Origin: Eledone cirrhosa
Taxonomy: Eukaryota
Reading direction: 5' to 3'
NCBI GenBank assembly: GCA_964016885.1
Contig: CAXHJY010001550.1
Coordinates: 1-51,628, forward strand
Length of the DNA: 51,628 bases
Below are positions 42,546 to 51,628 of this stretch, in pieces. Each line of letters starts with the position of its first letter. The first letter of the stretch is position 1. A program made the translations under genes and the position numbers. The notes beneath the pieces were generated by a model. It ran no database searches. It had not been told where the DNA came from and saw only the letters and a list, made by a program, of their open reading frames with translations.

Positions 42546-42891
42546 ATATTTCTGTAGACTATATATACTCATAGACGTTTAAATACAAGAATGCCTATAC
42601 ACACCTATATAACTACCTACCTTCATACATACATACTTATACACATGGTATTCACACATACTTTCTTTTATATCCATTCATTCATACAGCAACCGGTTAA
42701 AGGTTTAAGCTATGCAAACATAGTGTCAATCTGTGTGATATTATGGCAACGTTATAACCAGATTCAGACCTTTGCCTTAGAAAACAAATATATAGAGAAA
42801 AATTAACTGAACATGTCCGCCATATTTGATTAGTCTAGAAACATAAGTCACGAATAGTTCCCGATATATGTGTGTGTGTGTGCAAACATCC

Positions 42892-42947
<56 letters not shown>

Positions 42948-42957
42948 GTATATATAT

Positions 42958-43145
42958 AATTGTTTCTACTTTTGGCACAAGGCCAGCAATTATTCCAGTG
43001 TATTACTGGTACTTTATTTTATCGACCCCGTGAGGATGAAAGGCAAAGTTAACCTCAGCGGGATTTGAACTCAGAATGGCAAGGGCCGTAACTCTATGCA
43101 TCAAAACATGGCGTCCGACCCTCTACCGATACTGCCAATCCACCA

Positions 43146-43148
<3 letters not shown>
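42958..43148 (-). mobile_element. Nin-domain SINE, full length, inside microsatellite
   Basis: Reverse complement of the consensus. Confidence 0.87.
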
Positions 43149-43212
<64 letters not shown>

Positions 43213-44067
43213 GTGGATTGGTTCATATATTCTAAACCATTCATGAGATTTCTTTGAAACATTTTACAGAGCTTCTCCTTGCAAAAAACCTGTACATGAT
43301 CAACAAAGGCTTTCAAAATCGATATTGGGGCCTTTGGAGATATTAAAAAAGTTTCGGTTGTTTGTGTCAATTTTCGTGATTAAGTAAGAAAGGAGTTATC
43401 TTTCGTAATTCGGCTCATTCGGATTTTAATTTACTCTTTGTACTTGAAACAAAAGGTGCGCTTCCTTGAGACTAACAATATCATTTTGTATATTTCACAA
43501 CCAGCAATATCTAAGTTAAGTTATAGATTTGACAACGTATAATTTATTGCTTCAAGCTTGTTATGCATACATTGTATGGATCTTCGAACCCGTTGCTTTT
43601 CACATGGTCAGTTTTACGTTGGCTGTTCTTGAGTTGGTAATCCTGACAACCTATTTATTTATGCTCCTGACGGGAAAACCAAAATGTTGTGTATAAATCT
43701 GCTCTTCAATAATCCAAAAGACAATGAGTTCTCCCACCCAACATCCACCTCTTTTTATAACGATTTGCTCATCCATCAGTTCCCCCCTGTTATGTCCAAT
43801 CTGTATTGTTATTCCAGCCTATGTACATAATAGTGTCTATTATTCACTTCACTTCTCTATTTCATGATGCGTTTTTACTGTTATCAAAAAAATGTATACC
43901 TAGACTGAATTTCTGTTATTACATGGTATAACGGATTAAAGTTTAAGCAAAGAATCGCTGCTTTCACTCTTAACCGGATCTTCTGAAACTAAAAAAAGTC
44001 AATCTGTGAACGCAGAAGTGAATATTTCAAAAACGTTCAAACCGGAGGAAGACAGGAAGACGATACT

Positions 44068-45013
<946 letters not shown>

Positions 45014-45057
45014 ATATTAAAATATAAATATTAATAAAATAGATGTTCTTTTGATCA

Positions 45058-45120
45058 ATTACATTTTATTATACATATTTCGGATGTACAACAGTACGTC
45101 CTCATCAGACAAAATATAAT
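45058..45120 (-). ncRNA. Type I hammerhead ribozyme motif (mirror copy)
   Basis: Plus strand: attacattttat-tatacatatttc-ggatgtacaacagtacgtcc-tcatcag-acaaaatataat. Confidence 0.86.
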
Positions 45121-45212
45121 GATACATGACATACCCTGAGATGTTAAATGGTAAAGATTTAATCAAGGTAGTAAATCTTAACCATTTAATATCTCAGGGT
45201 ATGTCATGTATC

Positions 45213-45275
45213 ATTATATTTTGTCTGATGAGGACGTACTGTTGTACATCCGAAATATGTATAATGAAATGTAAT
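45213..45275 (+). ncRNA. Type I hammerhead ribozyme motif
   Basis: attatattttgt-CTGATGA(45225-45231)-ggacgtac-tgtt-gtacatcc-GAAA(45252-45255)-TATGTA-TA-atgaaatgtaat; 12-bp stem I including GU pairs. Confidence 0.87.
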
Positions 45276-45413
45276 TGATCAAAAGAACATCTATTTTATT
45301 AATATTTATATTTTAATATTAATAACTCCGGAAAATTTTTTTTTTTTCACGTAGAGTGCTTCCAATCTACTGTAAACTCATTCTTTGACATACTCATTGA
45401 ATATTGTTTAACA

Positions 45414-45472
<59 letters not shown>

Positions 45473-45481
45473 ATATAGATA

Positions 45482-46375
45482 CGAGGTGTGTCAGAAAAGT
45501 TCCAGGACTGATGTCACAAAAGATTTATTTCAAACTCAACTTCACACTAAAAGTTTTCTCCTTCAAAGTAATCCCCCTGGAGTCTAATGACTTTTCCATC
45601 CTTTTCTGCCACGCTTGCATGCACTCCTGGAAGGATTCTTCCGGGATCCTCCGCAGTTCCGTTGTCACGGCCTTTTTCATGTCGTCCACGTCTTCAAAAC
45701 GGGTTCCCTCCGGGTCGTACTCGAAGATCCATGACTCATCACCGGTGATGACTGTCCCTAGCAAGTCTGGTTCGGCTTCAAGACGCTCGAGGATGTCCTG
45801 GCACACTTGCATGCGTCGACCCTTCTGGTCATCGTTCAGTAGTTTTGGCACCATCTTCGCGCAGACTTTCCGCATGCCCAAATCTTCAGTGAGAATCTTC
45901 CAGACGCTGTCCCGATTCATGCACAGCTGTTTTGCCATCAGTCGAACAGTCAGACGACGATCGCTACGCACCATCTGCCTGACGCGCTCAACGTTGACGA
46001 CAGTCCTGGTTGTTGAGGGCCTTCCGCTCCTGGGGTCATCTTCCACGTCCTCGCGTCTTTCTTTAAACCTCTTGCACCACTCAAAAACACGTGAGCGTGT
46101 CATCGTCTAATCTCCATACACTTGCTGCAGCAATCCCAGTGCTTCTGACGGAGTTTTCAAGTGTTTTCGTTGCCCTGTGCTCATTGCTTGACGACCTGAA
46201 ACGGAGGACATGTATATAAAATTATGAAGAAAATAGTTTGATCGCTGCAGAGAGCTAAGATTACAGTTACATACTCCAGGGGGATTACTTTGGAGGAGAA
46301 AACTCTTAGTGTGAAGTTTGGGTTTGAAATAAATCTTTTGTGACATCAGTCCTGGAACTTTTCTGACACACCTCG
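45482..46375 (-). mobile_element. Non-autonomous mariner (Tc1/mariner) DNA transposon, TA TSD, ~102-bp inverted termini
   Basis: ta-cgaggtgtgtcagaaaagttccaggactga...tcagtcctggaacttttctgacacacctcg-ta; 45482-45583 pairs with 46273-46375. Confidence 0.93.
45525..46165 (-). pseudogene. Internally deleted mariner transposase
   Basis: HTH region (QQVYGD*..RSRVFEWCKRFK..EDDPRSGRP), KMVPKLL (WVPHEL-type), ITGDESWIFEYDPE fused directly to GTRFEDVDD; the second Asp and YSPDL region are missing. Confidence 0.9.
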
Positions 46376-46619
46376 TATATATACGTGTGTATATATGTAT
46401 ATTAGTAGTGCTATTTCAGCCATTTTTCTATCATATCTACAGTACTTTATGAAATCCCTTCCGCCACCATCAACCCATTTAGCCGTATCACCAACCGTTA
46501 TTCTTCAAAGAATATTGAACACCTTTCAGGTGACGTTTTTGTGTCCCTGTGTTTTTTGTGATTATTGATAGGTAGAAAATTAGTAAAGTGTTTGAGACAA
46601 TGTTCAACGTTTTCAGTCC

Positions 46620-46789
46620 CGTCTCTCTAAGTTCTTCGTTCAAATCCCACCGAGGTCAACTTTGGAATTCTTCCTTTCCAGGTTTGATAAGATAATGGTT
46701 TCTGATTTAGGCACAAGGCCAGCAATTTTTTGGGGAGGGGTAAGTCGATTCAATCGACCCCAATGCGTGACTGTTACTTTCTTTTATCG

Positions 46790-46830
<41 letters not shown>

Positions 46831-47652
46831 GTGCAACTGCCGCATTTTCTGTTGTTGCTATTGCTACTACTATTACTACTTACAGCAATTGTTTCTACTT
46901 TTGTCACTTTTGGCCAGCAATTAAAGCAGTACATTACTGGTACTTAATGTTATCGACCCCGTAAGGATTAATGGCAAAGTTAACCTTGGCGGGATTTGCA
47001 CCCAGACTGTAAAGGGCCATAACAATATGTCCCAAAGCATAGCATCCGACGCTCCACCGATACGGCCAATCCACCACCCTTATGATAATGATTTCAACTA
47101 TAGGCACAATGCCAACAATTTTGGGGGAGAGGAAAATCGATTAAATTGAATCCAGTGCAGAATTTGAACTAAGAACCTAAAGGGACGTAACTCTATGATG
47201 CCAATCATGATGTCCGGTGCTCTACCGATACTGCCAACCCACCTCCCTTTGATAAAATAATGAAACGCATGTCAATCCAATTCCCCCAATTTCGAGATTG
47301 TTGGATTTTCTGCCTAAATCAACATTTATTGTAGTCATTGTTGTTTATCTTGATGTTGTTATTGTTATTGTCGTCACTGTTGCTGATAATCTTATTGTTG
47401 TTGTTATTGTTATTGTAGTCACTGTTGCTGATAATCTTATTGTTGTTGTTATTGTAGTCACCGTTGTGATTGGCAGTATCGGTAGAGCGTCAGACACTAT
47501 GCTTTGCAGCATAGAGTTATGGCTCTTTACGTTTTGAGTTCAAATCCCACCGAGGCTAGCTTTGCCTTTCATCCTTACGGGGTCGATAAAATAAAGTACC
47601 AGTAATGCACTGGTGTAATTGCTGGCCTTGTGTCAAAAAGTAGAAACAATTA
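46620..47652. mobile_element. Cluster of Nin-domain SINE copies and fragments (46695-46790 -, 46886-47076 -, 47092-47245 -, 47468-47652 +) with (CTA)n and TTG-rich spacers
   Basis: Similarity to the SINE consensus on both strands. Confidence 0.8.
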
Positions 47653-47709
47653 TTGTTGTCTTCTGCGAGGATACTTCTGTTGTTATTGTTGTTGCTGCTG
47701 TTGTTGCTA

Positions 47710-47741
<32 letters not shown>

Positions 47742-47952
47742 CTTCGTTGTTGTCGTTGTTGTTGCAGTTGTTTTTGTTGGTGTTGTTGCTGCTGTTGCTA
47801 TACTACTTCTTGTTCTTCTTTTTCTTCTTCTTCTTCGTTGTTGCAGTTGTTTTTGTTGTTGTTGTTGCTGCTGTTGCTATACTACTTCTTCTTCTTCTTC
47901 GTCTTCTGCTCCTTCCTCTTCTTCTTCTTCTTCTTCTTCTTCTTCTTCTTCT

Positions 47953-47987
<35 letters not shown>

Positions 47988-49550
47988 TTCTTCTTCATTG
48001 TTGCAGTTGTTTTTGTTGGTGTTGTTGCTGCTGTTGCCGTAATGTTGGTGTTCCTTTATCTTCGAGAAAGATGAATATGCCATATTGTGTTTGATGAAAA
48101 TGATATTTTAAAAAAAAACATATCTTGTCAATAGAAGTGTGGGATATTTGAGTGGCTACCCGGTTTTACTCGGAGCATAAAATCAGGATTGTTCTTGAAT
48201 ATTTTTTTTTATATTTCAGATTTGTTCAAATATTTGGTTTCTAGTTATTCAAGATGGCTTCTTCTTTTTGAATAGTGGTGCGAGGTGCTGCGGCTAAAGT
48301 TGATAGTGGTTTGGGTGGTGGTAGTGATGCTGCTGCTGTTGCTGTTGGCGTTCTTGCAAATGTTTCGGCTGAGGAGGATGTTAACAGTGATGGTGCCTCT
48401 GTTGCAGCTGCTGCTATTGTTGATGTTGTTACTGTTGCTGTTTCCGTTGCTGTTGCTGGCTGCTGTTGTTGCTACTGCTGCTTCTATTGCTGCTGTTGCT
48501 TCCATTGTTGCTGTTGTCACTACAGCTCTTGCTGCTTCCAGTGCTTCTGTTGCTGCTGCTGTTGTTGCTGATGTTGTCAATGCTGCTGTGCTGCTGCTGT
48601 TGCTGCTGCTGCTGTCGTTGCTTCTGCCGTTCCTGCTGTTGCTGCTGCTGCTATCGTTGCTTCTGCCGTCCTCCTGTTGCTGCTGCTTTTGCTGCTGATG
48701 TTGCTGCTGCTGTTGTTACTGCTTCTGTTGCTGCTGCTACTGTTTCTGCTGTTGTAGCTGCTGTTTCTGTTGCTGCTGTTGTTGTTGCTGTTGTTGCTGC
48801 TGGTGCTATTGGCAGTTAGGCTTCAGCGGCTACATTGGCTGCGGCTGATTTTGTCGCTGCTGCTGTTAATGATACAACAGATACTGTTGCTGTTGCTGAT
48901 GATTGTGTTGCTGCTGCTGCTGATGATGGTGGTATTGTTGCTGCTGCTGCTACAACAGCAGCTCCTCATTCTATAGATACTGTTGCTACTTTTGTTGTTG
49001 CTGCTAATACAGCTTCTACTGATGTTGCTGTTACTACTGCTACTGCTTTTGTTGCTGCTGCTTCTGTTGCTGCTGCTTCTGTTGCTGCTGCTTCTAAGCT
49101 GCTTCTGTTACTGTTGCTGCTGCTTCTGTTGCTGCTGCTTCTAAGCTGATTCTGTTACTGTTGCTACTGTTTTTGTTGCTGCTGCTTCTGTTGCTGCTGC
49201 TTCTGTTGCTGCTGCTTCTGCTGCTGCTGCTTCTTTTGCTGCTACTTCTGTTGCTGCTGCTTCTGTTGCTGCTGCTTCTAAGCTGCTTCTGTTACTGTTG
49301 CTACTGTTTTTGTTGCTGCTGCTTCTGAGCTGTTGCTGTTACTGTTGCTGCTGCTTCTGCTGCTTCTGCTTCTGTTGCTGCTGCTTCTGCTGCTTCTGCG
49401 TCTGTTGCTGCTGCTTCTTCTGCTGCTGCTTCTGTTGCTGCTGCTTCTGCTGCTTCTGCTTCTGTTGCTGCTGCTACTTTTGCTTCTGTTGGTGCTAATA
49501 CTGTTGTTGCTGCTGTTGTTGTTTAGAGGTGCATCAATTGTCTTCATGGT
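47653..49550. repeat. Compound trinucleotide repeats (TTC, TTG, CTG) with higher-order duplication
   Basis: Direct inspection. Confidence 0.88.
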
Positions 49551-51628
49551 GATGATGATGTTGTTGTTGTTGTTGGTGTTGTTGATGGTGTTGGTGGTGT
49601 TGGTGTTATTGATGATGTTGGTGTTGTTGGTGTTGTTGGTGGTGTTGGCATTGTTGTTGTTGGTGGTGGTGGTGTTGGCATTGTTGTTGGTGGTGGTGGT
49701 GTTAGCATTGTTGTTGTTGGTGGTGGTGGTGTTGGCATTGTTGTTGGTGGTGGTGGTGGTGTTGGCATTGTTGTTGGTGGTGGTGGTGGTGTTGGCATTG
49801 TTGTTGTTGGTGGTGGTGGTGTTGGCATTGTTGTTGGTGGTGGTGGTGTTAGCATTGTTGTTGTTGGTGGTGGTGGTGTTGGCATTGTTGTTGGTGGTGG
49901 TGGTGGTGTTGGCATTGTTGTTGTTGGTGGTGGTGGTGTTGGCATTGTTGTTGGTGGTGGTGGTGGTGTTGGCATTGTTGTTGTTGGTGGTGGTGGTGTT
50001 GGCATTGTTGTTGTTGGTGGTGGTGGTGTTGGCATTGTTGTTGGTGGTGGTGGTGTTAGCATTGTTGTTGTTGGTGGTGGTGGTGTTGGCATTGTTGTTG
50101 GTGGTGGTGGTGGTGTTGGCATTGTTGTTGGTGGTGGTGGTGGTGTTGGCATTGTTGTTGGTGGTGGTGGTGGTGTTGGCATTGTTGTTGGTGGTGGTGG
50201 TGGTGTTGGCATTGTTGTTGTTGGTGGTGGTGGTGTTGGCATTGTTGTTGGTGGTGGTGGTGGTGTTGGCATTGTTGTTGGTGGTGGTGGTGGTGTTGGC
50301 ATTGTTGTTGTTGGTGGTGGTGGTGTTGGCATTGTTGTTGGTGGTGGTGGTGGTGTTGGCATTGTTGTTGTTGGTGGTGGTGGTGTTGTTGTTGGTGGTG
50401 GTGTTGGCATTGTTGTTGTTGGTGGTGGTGGTGTTGTTGTTGGTGGTGGTGTTGGCATTGTTGTTGGTGGTGGTGTTGGCATTGTTGTTGTTGGTGGTGG
50501 TGGTGTTGGCATTGTTGTTGTTGGTGGTGGTGGTGTTGGCATTGTTGTTGTTGGTGGTGGTGGTGTTGGCATTGTTGTTGGTGGTGGTGGTGGTGTTGGC
50601 ATTGTTGTTGTTGGTGGTGGTGGTGTTGTTGTTGGTGGTGGTGTTGGCATTGTTGTTGTTGGTGGTGGTGGTGTTGTTGTTGGTGGTGGTGTTGGCATTG
50701 TTGTTGTTGGTGGTGTTGGCATTGTTGTTGTTGGTGGTGGTGGTGTTGGCATTGTTGTTGGTGGTGGTGGTGTTGTTGTTGGTGGTGGTGTTGGCATTGT
50801 TGTTGGTGGTGGTGTTGGCATTGTTGTTGTTGGTGGTGGTGGTGTTGGCATTGTTGTTGGTGGTGGTGGTGTTGGCATTGTTGTTGTTGGTGGTGGTGGT
50901 GTTGGCATTGTTGTTGGTGGTGGTGGTGTTGGCATTGTTGTTGTTGGTGGTGGTGGTGTTGGCATTGTTGTTGGTGGTGGTGGTGTTGGCATTGTTGTTG
51001 TTGGTGGTGGTGGTGTTGGCATTGTTGTTGGTGTTGTTGGTGGTGTTGGCATTGTTGTTGTTGGTGGTGGTGGTGTTGGCATTGTTGTTGGTGGTGGTGG
51101 TGGTGTTGGCATTGTTGTTGGTGGTGGTGGTGGTGGTGTTGTTGTTGGTGGTGGTGGTGGTGGTGTTGTTGTTGGTGGTGGTGGTGTTGTTGTTGGTGGT
51201 GGTGGTGGTGTTGTTGTTGGTGGTGGTGGTGGTGTTGTTGTTGGTGGTGGTGGTGGTGTTGTTGTTGGTGGTGGTGGTGGTGTTGTTGTTGGTGGTGGTG
51301 TTGGCATTGTTGTTGGTGGTGGTGTTGGCATTGTTGTTGTTGGTGGTGGTGGTGTTGTTGTTGGTGGTGGTGGTGGTGTTGTTGTTGGTGGTGGTGGTGG
51401 TGTTGTTGTTGGTGGTGGTGTTGGCATTGTTGTTGGTGGTGGTGTTGGCATTGTTGTTGTTGGTGGTGGTGGTGTTGTTGTTGGTGGTGGTGTTGGCATT
51501 GTTGTTGTTGTTGGTGGTGGTGTTGGCATTGTTGTTGTTGGTGGTGGTGGTGTTGGCATTGTTGTTGTTGGTGGTGGTGGTGTTGTTGTTGGTGGTGGTG
51601 TTGGCATTGTTGTTGTTGTTGGTGGTGG
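49551..51628. repeat. Homogeneous minisatellite of units GTT-GGC-ATT-(GTT)2-4-(GGT)2-5, running off the window end
   Basis: Direct inspection; reads MPTPPPPTTT on the minus strand. Confidence 0.92.

Larger units (their letters stand above)
45014..45319. repeat. Fold-back palindrome, ~148-bp arms (45014-45161 / 45172-45319), 10-nt spacer, each arm carrying a hammerhead
   Basis: Arms are reverse complements with about three mismatches; the right arm continues to ~45420. Confidence 0.95.

Noticed and set aside
43210-43925. Possible highly decayed transposase sequence on the minus strand
   Set aside because: No continuous frame or convincing motif could be read by eye; needs a translated search
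48200-48245. Plus-strand acceptor (ttttatatttcag) as partner of the donor at 91
   Set aside because: It would add only eight codons before a stop, and such acceptors are common in AT-rich DNA

Overview
AT-rich, repeat-dominated eukaryotic DNA. The SINE family and the huge (TA)n/(CA)n tracts suggest a cephalopod such as Octopus; this is an inference. No host gene can be securely called, and most ORFs in the supplied track are translations of microsatellites. Protein-coding elements: (1) an L1/Tx1-type LINE with an uninterrupted 1145-aa ORF2 (8906-12343) inserted in a TA-based array; (2) a decayed relative at ~25590-29405 whose 5' half is inverted; (3) two Penelope-like element (PLE) remnants on the minus strand, one with RT plus GIY-YIG (14284-16390) and one with RT only (19124-19600); (4) an internally deleted mariner with ~102-bp inverted ends. 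There are also many Nin-domain tRNA-derived SINEs and Tc2-like MITEs. The main hidden signal is non-coding. The short unique islands between (TA)n tracts hold at least 11 type I hammerhead ribozyme motifs of several unrelated sequence families, plus decayed ones. They occur as tandem ~430-490 nt retrozyme-like units and as ~150-bp fold-back palindromes with one ribozyme on each strand. Many are followed by a shared ACTC-N11-25-GAGTRC motif that I do not recognise as a described element. All structures were read by eye; none was folded computationally, searched against a database or tested.
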